A DNA stretch of 64,000 bases from Ignavibacteria bacterium (GTDB lineage: Bacteria > Bacteroidota > Ignavibacteria > Ch128b), in NCBI GenBank assembly GCA_016873845.1, contig VGVX01000002.1, forward strand, positions 9,444-73,443. The letters run 5' to 3'. Made by a program: the position numbers and the translations under genes. Position 1 is the first letter of the stretch; each line of letters begins with the position of its first letter. The notes below the pieces were generated by a model. The model saw only the letters and a list, made by a program, of their open reading frames with translations. It ran no database searches and was not told the origin of the DNA. Below are positions 19,371-28,616 of this stretch, piece after piece.

Positions 19371-20330
19371 TTGAAAAATTTGCAGAAGAAAATAATAATC
19401 GGAATTGTAATCGCTGCAGTTGTTTACCTTGCTTTTTCTCTCTATGTGGATTTTGATAATCTAATTGAAGCCTTTGGGATGTTCAATTTTCTTTGGTTTC
19501 CTCTCATTCTTCTACTCTCGTTTGCAAATTATTATCTCCGTTTTGAACGCTGGCATTATTATTTGAATATTTTGAAAATTGAACTGCCGCGAAAAATAAG
19601 TTTTGCGATTTTTATCGGAGGTCTTGTCATGTCAATTACCCCAGGTAAGATGGGAGAGTTGCTGAAATCTTATTTAATAAAAGAGTACAATGGAACTAAC
19701 ATCCATAAATCTGGTCCTATCATTTTAGTTGAACGTCTTAGTGATTTTGTTGCATTGCTGATTGTTGCAATGATTGGTGCTTGGTATTTTGATTTCGGAA
19801 GAGCAATTGTGTTAATCACTCTGATCGTATTTGGGGCAATATTAGTACTCCTAAGTTGGCCGAAAGCTGCTTTGCCGATACTACATTCAATTGGAAAAGT
19901 AAAAATTCTTCATTCAATAAGCGAAAAAATTATTGTTGCATATGATCATTCTTATAAACTATTAAGGCCGTTCCCATTATTATCGATGCTGATTCTTGCC
20001 TCCATTGCTTGGATGTTGGAAGCATTTGGGCTTTATATTATACTTCATGCTTTTAATACGCCGGCAACTTTTTTCTGGTCTACTTTCATCTATTCATTTT
20101 CGTCAATAGTAGGGGGACTCTCACTGCTTCCGGGCGGGATTGGACCGACAGAGGGAAGTCTTACAATTCTGCTCGTCCGAACTGAAATTCCTTTAAATAT
20201 TGCTTTCGTTTCGACTTTTTTAATTAGAATTGCAACTTTGTGGTTTGCAGTTTTCATTGGTATTTTTGGTCTGATTTACTTCCAAAGAAAAGTTGTACAC
20301 AAAAAAGTTTTTGAAATCGACGATCAATAA
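19371..20330 (+). CDS. Flippase-like-domain membrane protein (lysyl-phosphatidylglycerol synthase TM-domain family, UPF0104)
   Basis: 319 aa with ~8 TM helices. The conserved 'LLPGGIGPTEGSLTILL' motif is present. Confidence 0.65.
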   Translation: MKNLQKKIIIGIVIAAVVYLAFSLYVDFDNLIEAFGMFNFLWFPLILLLSFANYYLRFERWHYYLNILKIELPRKISFAIFIGGLVMSITPGKMGELLKSYLIKEYNGTNIHKSGPIILVERLSDFVALLIVAMIGAWYFDFGRAIVLITLIVFGAILVLLSWPKAALPILHSIGKVKILHSISEKIIVAYDHSYKLLRPFPLLSMLILASIAWMLEAFGLYIILHAFNTPATFFWSTFIYSFSSIVGGLSLLPGGIGPTEGSLTILLVRTEIPLNIAFVSTFLIRIATLWFAVFIGIFGLIYFQRKVVHKKVFEIDDQ

Positions 20331-20453
20331 AATGTATTTTACCATTAAAGGTGAAGGGCTAAAATCAATTCGAACTACATTTTTCCAGCTGATTCTGATT
20401 ACCTTGAAAATAAGCTCATTTTTTACTAATTTGAAACAAAAAAGGAGTAAATC

Positions 20454-20870
20454 ATGGCTTCTGATAAAGGAATAGCAAAAGGATTAATAGTTGGCTTTTT
20501 GGCTGGAAGTGTTGTCGGTGGAATTATTGCGCTTCTATTTGCTCCAAAAAGTGGTAAAGAATTGCGTCAAGACATCAAATCTAAGGCTGACGATATAAAA
20601 GACGACCTTGATGAGTATTACACCGAAGCGAAAGAGAAAGTCTCTCAGCTTTATAATGATGGAAAGAAAAGATCAGAAACTTTAATTCATGATGCAAAAG
20701 AAAAAGCTCATAATTTATTGAGTGAGGCAGAAAAAGTTTTAGCCGATGCAAAAACCAAAGCTTCCGATAGGATTGATCAAGCAAAAACGTCTGCCAGCAA
20801 AGAAGGATCACGTATCAAGACGGCTTTTCAAGCTGGTGTTGATGCCTATAAATCAGAAAAAGAATCATAA
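20454..20870 (+). CDS. YtxH-domain protein (membrane anchor plus coiled-coil)
   Basis: 'GFLAGSVVGGIIALLFAPKSGKELRQDIKSKADD' is the canonical YtxH N-terminus. AGGAG lies 7 nt upstream. Confidence 0.6.
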   Translation: MASDKGIAKGLIVGFLAGSVVGGIIALLFAPKSGKELRQDIKSKADDIKDDLDEYYTEAKEKVSQLYNDGKKRSETLIHDAKEKAHNLLSEAEKVLADAKTKASDRIDQAKTSASKEGSRIKTAFQAGVDAYKSEKES

Positions 20871-20888
20871 TTAAAAAATTTAGTTAGT

Positions 20889-21281
20889 GTGGAATTACTA
20901 CTTTCTATTTTGCAAGCTGTACTTTTTGTAGCGCTGATTTTCTTTATAATTTATCTCACTTATCTACTTCGCCAAGTTGTAAGTTCGGTAAAAGCAATTG
21001 AATCAGACGTTGATAAAATTTCTCAGAAAGCGTCGCCTGTCTTGGAGAATCTTGAAGGGTTAACTTCAAGGTTCAACAATATTTCAGGCACGATTGAAGA
21101 GCAGGTTAATACTGTGAAAGATGCTGTTGGCTTAGTAAAAGAAACATTTGATGATGTTGAAAGAATCAAGAACAAAGTAAGGTCAGCGATTGAAGATCCG
21201 ATTGATGAATTCATCTCCACGAGAAGTGCAATTACAAAAGGTATCAAGGTTTTTTGGCAAACACTCATTGATAGAAAATAA
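20889..21281 (+). CDS. DUF948-like membrane-anchored coiled-coil protein, often paired with YtxH
   Basis: A single N-terminal TM helix is followed by a helical region. It sits right next to the YtxH gene, as in Firmicutes ytxG/ytxH pairs. Confidence 0.45.
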   Translation: MELLLSILQAVLFVALIFFIIYLTYLLRQVVSSVKAIESDVDKISQKASPVLENLEGLTSRFNNISGTIEEQVNTVKDAVGLVKETFDDVERIKNKVRSAIEDPIDEFISTRSAITKGIKVFWQTLIDRK

Positions 21282-21316
21282 AGTCTCACATCCAATTTAT
21301 TTAACGGAGGATATTT

Positions 21317-23401
21317 TTGAAAGAGTACAAATCTAAAAACATTAGGAATATTACGCTCATTGGTCACGGTGGCTCAGGCAAAACATCGATAACAGAATCA
21401 ATTCTTTTCACTTCTGGAGAAATCACCCGATTAGGCAAAGTCGAAGATGGAAATACTACCTCAGATTTTAGACCCGACGAAGTTGAAAGACAAATTTCAA
21501 TAAGTGCTGCAATGATGCATTGCGACTGGCAGAATACTAAAATCAACATTATTGATACACCAGGTTATGCAGATTTTATCGGTGAAGTAAAGTGTGGTTT
21601 GAGTGTGGCAGACACAGCAGTGTTAGTTTTAAAAGCTGTAGAAGGAATTGAAGTTGGGAGTGAGATCGTTTGGAAATTCGCAAATGATGAATCGATCCCA
21701 AAGTGTTGTATTATCAATAAATGCGACAACGAAAGGGCAAATTTTTCTGAAGTTTTCAATCAAATTAAGAACGATTTAACTCATGACGCTGTCGCTGTTC
21801 AAATTCCAGTAAACCAAGGAATTAATTTTAATTCAGTTATCGATCTGCTCAAAATGAAAATGCTTGTTTATGAGCGGAATGGAAATGGCAAGTATAAATT
21901 GGAAGATATTCCTAGTGATCAGAAGGCAGAGGCTGATAACCTCCGAAATGAACTTGTAGAAAAAGTGGCTGAGACAAACGAAGATCTCATGAATAAATAT
22001 TTTGAGAACGGAAGTCTTACTGATGAAGAAATTAAACAAGGTATTCAAAAAGGAATCTTGAATGGTAATTTAGTACCAGTCGTTCCAATAGGTGCAACAG
22101 CCAATGTAAATTTGGCTGGATTTATGGACTTTGCGGTAGAATACCTTCCTTCGCCTGCAGAGAGAAATGTAATTAAAGCTCTGAAGAATGGCAGTGAATT
22201 AGATTTACCAATTAATGAAGAAAAAGAACCCGCAATGTTTGTCTTCAAGACTCTTTCTGAATCTGCTATTGGCGAACTTTCTTTCTTTAAAGTTTACAGC
22301 GGCACTATTCAGCACGGTTTAGATTTATCTAATCCTAACACAAATAAATTTGAGCGAACCAGCCAGATATACATTCTTAACGGGAAACATAGAAAAGAAG
22401 TCCCTCATCTTTTTGCAGGCGATCTTGGTGCTGTTGTGAGGCTGAAAGACACACATACTAATAATACTCTTGTATCAAAATCTTTAGGTATCAAGTTTAA
22501 AGAGATTGCCTTCCCAAATCCAATAATTCAGTTTGCTGTAAAACCAAGAGCTCAAGGTGATGAAGATAAAATTGCAAATGGATTTCATACTTTACATGAG
22601 GAAGATCCGACATTTAAAATGCATTTTGATCCGGAATTATCTCAGACAATAATCAGTGGACAGGGGGAACTGCACCTTAATTTAGCTGCAAAAAAATTAA
22701 AAGATAAATTTGGAGTTGAAGTTGACTTGATCGAACCTAAAATACCCTACCGCGAAACAATTAAGGGCAAGTGTTCTGATTCAGAGTATAAGCACAAAAA
22801 ACAATCCGGTGGAAGAGGACAATATGGTCATGTTCATTTAAAGCTTGAACCGCGCAAGAGGGGCGAAGGATTCGAATTTGAGGATGCAATTGTTGGCGGT
22901 GTTGTTCCAGGACGATTTATACCCGCTGTCGAAAAAGGTCTGAATGATATTTTGGAAAAAGGTGTTTTGGCTGGATATAAAGTAGTTGATGTAAAAGTGA
23001 CCTTATTCGATGGTACTTACCATACAGTCGATTCAGATGAAATTTCATTTAAGATTGCTGCGGCACAAGCATTCAAAAAAGGATTTTTAGACGCAAAGCC
23101 GTGTCTGCTCGAACCGATTGAAGAAGTAAAAATTACTATTCCTGAAGAATACATGGGAGACGTAATGGGGGATATTTCAAGTCGACGAGGAAAAATTCTA
23201 GGAATGGATACAGGTGGGAAATATCAGATTATCCGTGCTTTAGTACCGCTTGGAGAGTTATTTAAATACTCTACTCAATTGCGAAGTATGACTCAAGGTA
23301 GAGGATTATATGAAATGTCTCTTTCTCATTACGAAGAAGTTCCTAAAGAGATAGAAGCAAAAATAATTGCCGCTGCCGAGAAGGAGAAAGAAGAAGCCTG
23401 A
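21317..23401 (+). CDS. Divergent elongation-factor-G-family GTPase (EF-G paralog with atypical G motifs)
   Basis: 694 aa with full five-domain EF-G architecture. G1 reads 'GHGGSGKTS' (canonical 'AHIDAGKTT'). Switch I reads 'RQISI' (canonical 'RGITI'). G3 reads 'DTPGYADF' (canonical 'DTPGHVDF'). G4 reads 'NKCD'. The domain IV/V region is conserved ('ISGQGELHLN'). Confidence 0.85.
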   Translation: MKEYKSKNIRNITLIGHGGSGKTSITESILFTSGEITRLGKVEDGNTTSDFRPDEVERQISISAAMMHCDWQNTKINIIDTPGYADFIGEVKCGLSVADTAVLVLKAVEGIEVGSEIVWKFANDESIPKCCIINKCDNERANFSEVFNQIKNDLTHDAVAVQIPVNQGINFNSVIDLLKMKMLVYERNGNGKYKLEDIPSDQKAEADNLRNELVEKVAETNEDLMNKYFENGSLTDEEIKQGIQKGILNGNLVPVVPIGATANVNLAGFMDFAVEYLPSPAERNVIKALKNGSELDLPINEEKEPAMFVFKTLSESAIGELSFFKVYSGTIQHGLDLSNPNTNKFERTSQIYILNGKHRKEVPHLFAGDLGAVVRLKDTHTNNTLVSKSLGIKFKEIAFPNPIIQFAVKPRAQGDEDKIANGFHTLHEEDPTFKMHFDPELSQTIISGQGELHLNLAAKKLKDKFGVEVDLIEPKIPYRETIKGKCSDSEYKHKKQSGGRGQYGHVHLKLEPRKRGEGFEFEDAIVGGVVPGRFIPAVEKGLNDILEKGVLAGYKVVDVKVTLFDGTYHTVDSDEISFKIAAAQAFKKGFLDAKPCLLEPIEEVKITIPEEYMGDVMGDISSRRGKILGMDTGGKYQIIRALVPLGELFKYSTQLRSMTQGRGLYEMSLSHYEEVPKEIEAKIIAAAEKEKEEA

Positions 23402-23404
23402 TCT

Positions 23405-23908
23405 ATGGAAAGGCTTTTCTCACCTTGGCGGTCTGAATACATCGAATCGTTTCATAAAGAAAACGGTGACAAAACTTGTGTCTTCTGTAATGCCGTTAAT
23501 GAAAATCCAGTTGATGTAAATTCTTTGGTAGTCTATAAGGGAAAAACCGTATTTATTATCATGAATAGATATCCATATAATAACGGACATCTATTAATTC
23601 TTCCATACCGTCATGTCGCAAAATTAAATGAACTTAACGATGCCGAGAAGACAGAAATATTTTATCTGCTTGAGGTATCTGTTCAAGCACTTGATGGAGC
23701 ACTAAATTCTCAAGGGCACAATATTGGAATGAATCTTGGTAAGGCTGCCGGTGCCGGGATCGAAGATCACCTCCATTTTCATGTTGTACCAAGATGGAAT
23801 GGAGATACGAATTTTATGCCCGTGCTGAACGATGTGAAATTAATTTCAGAAGAAATTCTTAAAACAAAAACTAAATTGATTTCGTTTTTCGAAGGTTTTA
23901 AAAAATGA
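23405..23908 (+). CDS. HIT-family nucleotide hydrolase/transferase
   Basis: The histidine triad 'HLHFHVVPR' is present, plus an N-terminal 'CVFCN' Zn-ribbon-like pair. Confidence 0.8.
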   Translation: MERLFSPWRSEYIESFHKENGDKTCVFCNAVNENPVDVNSLVVYKGKTVFIIMNRYPYNNGHLLILPYRHVAKLNELNDAEKTEIFYLLEVSVQALDGALNSQGHNIGMNLGKAAGAGIEDHLHFHVVPRWNGDTNFMPVLNDVKLISEEILKTKTKLISFFEGFKK

Positions 23909-25248
23909 ATATCGCTGTTATTGGAACTGGCTATGTTGGATTAGTCTCTGGAGTCTGTTTAGCTGAGACAGGTAATCACGTGATTTGCGTTGATAATAAT
24001 CTTGACAAGCTCAGCAGGTTGAGGCAAGGTGAGCCTGTGATCCATGAACGTGGATTAAAAGCTATCATGCAAAACAATATGGAGAAAAATCGCCTCGAGT
24101 TCACAGACAACTTGAAATACGCTGTTGAAAAAAGCAGTGTCATTTTTTTCTGTCTACCGACACCTCAAGGGGAAGATGGTGCAGCAGATTTGCGCTATGT
24201 TCTCGAAGTTGCCGATGAGATTGGAAAGATATTTCAGACTTATAAGGAGAAAAAATACAAAGTTATTGTAAATAAAAGTACTGTACCCGTTGGAACTGCA
24301 GAAAAAGTCTTTGCAAAAATCACATCACATGGGGAGTATCCTTTCGATGTTGTTTCAAATCCAGAATTTTTGAGAGAAGGTGTCGCTGTAGAAGACTTCT
24401 TAAAACCTGAAAGAATAGTTATTGGAACTTCTTCGAAAGATGCCGAGGAGATTATGAAAAATCTCTACGAACCGTTTGTTCGTTCAGGGAATGCTATTTA
24501 TTTCATGGATGAGAAAAGTGCTGAAGTTACAAAATATGCAGCAAATACTTTCTTGGCTGCAAAAATATCTTTCATGAATGAAGTTGCAAATTACTGCGAA
24601 AAGGTTGGTGCAAATGTGGATTTTGTCCGCCTTGCAATTGGAAGTGATAATCGGATAGGAAAAAGATTTTTATTTCCCGGAATCGGTTATGGCGGATCTT
24701 GTTTCCCAAAAGATGTGAAAGCATTTCAGAATTCATTTAATGAAGCTAAAGTTAAATCAAATATTCTTGATGCTATTGTAAAGACCAATGAAGCTCAAAA
24801 AGAAATTTTATTTCAAAAAGTCAACAAACATTTTAGCGGAAAGATTTCGGGTAAGAAGTTCGCACTTTGGGGCTTAGCTTTCAAACCTGATACAGACGAT
24901 GTGCGTGAAGCACCTGCATTCAAGTTAATCGATCTGATTCTTCAAGAGAAAGGCAAAATTACGGCATACGATCCTGAAGCAATGGAGAATACAAGAAGCA
25001 TTTATAATGACAAAATCGATTTTGTAAACGATAGTTTAGATGCAGTTAAAGATGCTGATGCACTTATTATAGCAACTGAGTGGAATGAATTTCGAAATCC
25101 TGATTTTGCTGAGATGAAAAAAATGATGAAAGAGTTCGTGATTTTCGATGGAAGAAATGTTTACGATCGCGAAAAGGCGAAAAGATATGGATTTATCTAT
25201 TATTCCATTGGAAGGGAAAATGTAACTAAAGAAATCTTAGAATCATGA
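23905..25248 (+). CDS. ugd: UDP-glucose 6-dehydrogenase
   Basis: 'MNIAVIGTGYVGLVSGVCLAETGNHVICVD' is the Rossmann N-terminus. The catalytic-Cys region 'GYGGSCFPKDV' is present. Length is 447 aa. Confidence 0.9.
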   Translation: MNIAVIGTGYVGLVSGVCLAETGNHVICVDNNLDKLSRLRQGEPVIHERGLKAIMQNNMEKNRLEFTDNLKYAVEKSSVIFFCLPTPQGEDGAADLRYVLEVADEIGKIFQTYKEKKYKVIVNKSTVPVGTAEKVFAKITSHGEYPFDVVSNPEFLREGVAVEDFLKPERIVIGTSSKDAEEIMKNLYEPFVRSGNAIYFMDEKSAEVTKYAANTFLAAKISFMNEVANYCEKVGANVDFVRLAIGSDNRIGKRFLFPGIGYGGSCFPKDVKAFQNSFNEAKVKSNILDAIVKTNEAQKEILFQKVNKHFSGKISGKKFALWGLAFKPDTDDVREAPAFKLIDLILQEKGKITAYDPEAMENTRSIYNDKIDFVNDSLDAVKDADALIIATEWNEFRNPDFAEMKKMMKEFVIFDGRNVYDREKAKRYGFIYYSIGRENVTKEILES

Positions 25249-27374
25249 AACAACTCCTTCAAAGAATAAAAGATGGAGAGATGCTCGTTGCTGATCTGCC
25301 ATCCCCTGCATTGATGAAAAAGGGTGTGTTAGTTCAAAACTATTTTTCACTTATTAGTGCCGGAACTGAGAGAACCTCAGTAGAAAAAGGCAAAGATAAT
25401 TTATTCGTAAAGGCATATAAAAATCCAGATATGGTTCAGGCAGTTTTACAAATTGTCAAACGTGATGGAATCCTTCAAACAGCAGAACGTGTCATGGGAT
25501 CGCTCAATGATTTTAGAGCTTTAGGTTACAGCAGTGCAGGTGTAGTTCTTGAATCAAACAGTGAAAAATTTAAGCCAGGAGATAGAGTTGCATGTGCGGG
25601 TGCAGGCTTCGCTAATCATTCTGAAAAAGTTTTTATACCGGAAAATCTTTGTGTAAAAATTCCAGACAATGTTTTAATTGAAGAGGCTGCATTTACTACA
25701 CTCGGTGCAATTGCATTGCAAGGCGTAAGGCAGGCAGATGTTACTCTTGGCGAAACTATTGCAGTCGTTGGATTAGGATTACTCGGTTTATTGACAGTTC
25801 AGTTACTGCAGGCAAATGGATGTAAAGTTATTGGATTAGATATCTCCCAGGACGCATTAAAATTTGCGGAGGATTTTGGGACAGACTTCGTCCTTAAAAG
25901 TTCAAAAAGCTCAAAAGAAGAAATACTCGCTCTCACTAATGGATATGGAGTTGATAAAGTTATCCTAACAGCTGGGACTGAAAGTAACGAACCAATCGAA
26001 CTAGCAGGGGAGATTTGTCGAGAACGTGGAAAAGTTGTAATTGTTGGAGCTGTTAAAGTTGATATGCCGCGTGGTCCATACTACATGAAAGAATTAGAAA
26101 TAATTATGTCTCGATCCTATGGACCTGGAAGATACGATGTATCATACGAAGAAGAAGGGACAGATTATCCCTTCGGTTACGTTCGCTGGACTGAAAACAG
26201 AAACATGCAGGCTTTTCTTGATTTGATTACATCAAACAGAATCAACATCAAGCCTCTTTTGACGCACAAGTTCAAAATTGAAGATTTCCAAGCTGCATAC
26301 GATTTAATTCTTGGCAAGAAAAAAGAGATGTACCGCGGAATATTATTCGAATACGATCAAAATTTCAGAGAAGAAAAAAGATCATTTCCTCATGGGACTT
26401 CACTTCAAAAATCCGACATAATCACAATTGGATTTATAGGAGCTGGAAATTTTGCAACTGCAAGCTTACTTCCCCACTTGAAAAAAATGGATGTAACACT
26501 TCACAATGTATGCACAGTGGAAGGTGTTCAAGCAAAAAATGTTGCCCAAAAATTTGGCTTTAATAATTTCACTACTGATCCCAAAGAAATATTAGACAAT
26601 CAGGAAATAGATACTGTTTTCGTGGTAACTCGACACGATTCACACGCTGAATTTGTCTTTCAAGCACTTAAGAGAGGGAAAAACGTCTTTGTCGAGAAGC
26701 CATTAGCTCTAAATGAGGCACAGCTTAGTGAAATTATGGGATTGGATTCTGGAAAAAAAATTCTTTTGGTTGGTTTTAATCGACGTTTTGCGCCGTGCAT
26801 CGTCGATATAAAAAACTATTTTAAATCTTCTCCATTTAATTTATTGTATCGAGTAAACGCTGGTAAAATTCCATTAACACATTGGGCTCAAAGGCCTGAC
26901 CAGGGGGGAAGGATTATAGGCGAGGTTTGTCACTTCATTGATACATTGAGCTTTATTAGTAGTTCACTTCCTGCAAGTGTTTTCGCATTTTCTATTTCAT
27001 TGAATCTTGGAAATGAGAAAGAGGAAGATACAATGTCTTGTGTTATCAAGTTCAGAGATGGTTCGATTGGAACAATCATTTATCAGGCTAATGGGGACAA
27101 CTCCGTTAGTAAAGAGTATCTCGAAGTATCATCTGGACAGAAATCGGCAATCATGTATAATTTCGAGAAAGTTGATTTCTATCAGGCTGGTAAGAAATAC
27201 ACGAAAAATTATTCAGGCAAAGGGCACAAAGAAGAGGTTCACAGTTTTATCTCTGCAATTAAGAATGGTGAACCATCACCAATTTCTCCTGAATCAATTT
27301 ACTATACTACAAAGACAACTTTTGCAATAATCGAATCAATGCGATCGAATAAACTAGTTGAGATCATCATTTAA
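25245..27374 (+). CDS. Bi-domain oxidoreductase: an N-terminal MDR (zinc-ADH-like) domain fused to a C-terminal Gfo/Idh/MocA NAD(P)-dependent oxidoreductase
   Basis: The N-terminal half has 'VVGLGLLGLLTVQLL', an MDR Rossmann fold. The C-terminal half starts with 'IGFIGAGNFA...EKPLAL', the Gfo/Idh/MocA signature. Confidence 0.75.
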   Translation: MKQLLQRIKDGEMLVADLPSPALMKKGVLVQNYFSLISAGTERTSVEKGKDNLFVKAYKNPDMVQAVLQIVKRDGILQTAERVMGSLNDFRALGYSSAGVVLESNSEKFKPGDRVACAGAGFANHSEKVFIPENLCVKIPDNVLIEEAAFTTLGAIALQGVRQADVTLGETIAVVGLGLLGLLTVQLLQANGCKVIGLDISQDALKFAEDFGTDFVLKSSKSSKEEILALTNGYGVDKVILTAGTESNEPIELAGEICRERGKVVIVGAVKVDMPRGPYYMKELEIIMSRSYGPGRYDVSYEEEGTDYPFGYVRWTENRNMQAFLDLITSNRINIKPLLTHKFKIEDFQAAYDLILGKKKEMYRGILFEYDQNFREEKRSFPHGTSLQKSDIITIGFIGAGNFATASLLPHLKKMDVTLHNVCTVEGVQAKNVAQKFGFNNFTTDPKEILDNQEIDTVFVVTRHDSHAEFVFQALKRGKNVFVEKPLALNEAQLSEIMGLDSGKKILLVGFNRRFAPCIVDIKNYFKSSPFNLLYRVNAGKIPLTHWAQRPDQGGRIIGEVCHFIDTLSFISSSLPASVFAFSISLNLGNEKEEDTMSCVIKFRDGSIGTIIYQANGDNSVSKEYLEVSSGQKSAIMYNFEKVDFYQAGKKYTKNYSGKGHKEEVHSFISAIKNGEPSPISPESIYYTTKTTFAIIESMRSNKLVEIII

Positions 27375-27403
27375 TCGAAGTTCGCTTAGTTAGAAGAAGT
27401 GTA

Positions 27404-28531
27404 ATGGCTGGTAGTTCCGACATTTTGCTTTGTATCAATTCGTTTAAAGAGTCACTCAACTCGGTTGGTATAAACAAAATCATTGCAAAAAATCTTACTT
27501 CAAAAAGGATTGATTTGTCTCCTCTTTCGGATGGTGGTGATGGATTCTTACAAGTAATCCAATTCCAAAAAAAATGTAATTCTAAATATTATTTTATTTC
27601 GTCTCCACTTTTGAATAAAAAAATCAAAGTTGAGATAATCTACGATGATAAAAATGTTTACATTGAGTCTGCAAATGCTCTTGGATTGAAGCTAATTTCC
27701 AAAAAGAATCGCAATCCGCTTAAAACAAGTTCCTATGGATTTGGTGAATTACTTCGCAAAGTAATTCACGATAGGACTCTAAGAGGTAAGAGTGTGATCA
27801 TTGGAATTGGCGGTACCTCAACAAATGATGCTGGATGCGGGATGGCTCAGGCGCTCGGATATAAACTGCAGAATAAAAATGGGAAACCGCTAAAGCTTGG
27901 TGGAAGAAATTTACGTTCACTTGAGAAAATTCCGAATTTCGAAAACATGAAATATAAGTATGGTAACCTAAATATTTTTGCCGTTGCTGATGTACAAAAT
28001 CCGCTGACCGGAGCTAATGGTTCCACTAAAATTTATGCAAAACAAAAAGGTGCAAGAAGGAAGGATATTCAAACCCTGGAAATGGGGATGATAAACTTTG
28101 GGAAGATTGCAAAAAGGTATTATGGAGAAAATTTAACACGGAAGAAAATGTATGGCGCTGGCGGAGGATTAGCTGCAGGTTTGAATGTGTTTCTTAATGC
28201 ACACGTGATTTCTTGGAATGAGTTTTTCGAAATTAAGATACTTGAGAAAAAAAGATATGAGTACATTATCACAGGTGAAGGAAAAATCGATTCACAATCA
28301 TTCAACGGAAAGGGTGTTGGCGAAATTTTCAAATTGAGTAAAAAGATAAATGCAAAACTTATATTGATTTGCGGTTCAGTTGACAGAAAATCGTTGACTC
28401 CGATGCGCATGCGAAATATTTATAAAGTAGTTTCAATCCAAGATTATTTCAAAAATGAGAATGAATCGATCAGAAATGCTACGTTAGGATTGAAATTAGC
28501 TGCAATGGAAATAAATAAAACTATCAAGTAA
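27404..28531 (+). CDS. Glycerate kinase (GlxK/GarK family)
   Basis: 'LSDGGDGFL' and 'GIGGTSTNDAGCGMAQALG' are glycerate kinase family motifs. Confidence 0.8.
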   Translation: MAGSSDILLCINSFKESLNSVGINKIIAKNLTSKRIDLSPLSDGGDGFLQVIQFQKKCNSKYYFISSPLLNKKIKVEIIYDDKNVYIESANALGLKLISKKNRNPLKTSSYGFGELLRKVIHDRTLRGKSVIIGIGGTSTNDAGCGMAQALGYKLQNKNGKPLKLGGRNLRSLEKIPNFENMKYKYGNLNIFAVADVQNPLTGANGSTKIYAKQKGARRKDIQTLEMGMINFGKIAKRYYGENLTRKKMYGAGGGLAAGLNVFLNAHVISWNEFFEIKILEKKRYEYIITGEGKIDSQSFNGKGVGEIFKLSKKINAKLILICGSVDRKSLTPMRMRNIYKVVSIQDYFKNENESIRNATLGLKLAAMEINKTIK

Positions 28532-28616
28532 TTCACCTCTAATAAATGAGCAGAGCAAAGAGTTGTTTGTAAAATATGCCATATATGAATATATTTAATT
28601 GATTTCCTGAGATTTC

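Noticed and set aside
20293-20475. 60 aa ORF bridging the flippase-like gene and the YtxH gene
   Set aside because: It overlaps the 3' end of one gene and the start of the next in a different frame. It is lysine- and isoleucine-rich and low-complexity, with no RBS, so it is more likely an intergenic or promoter region.
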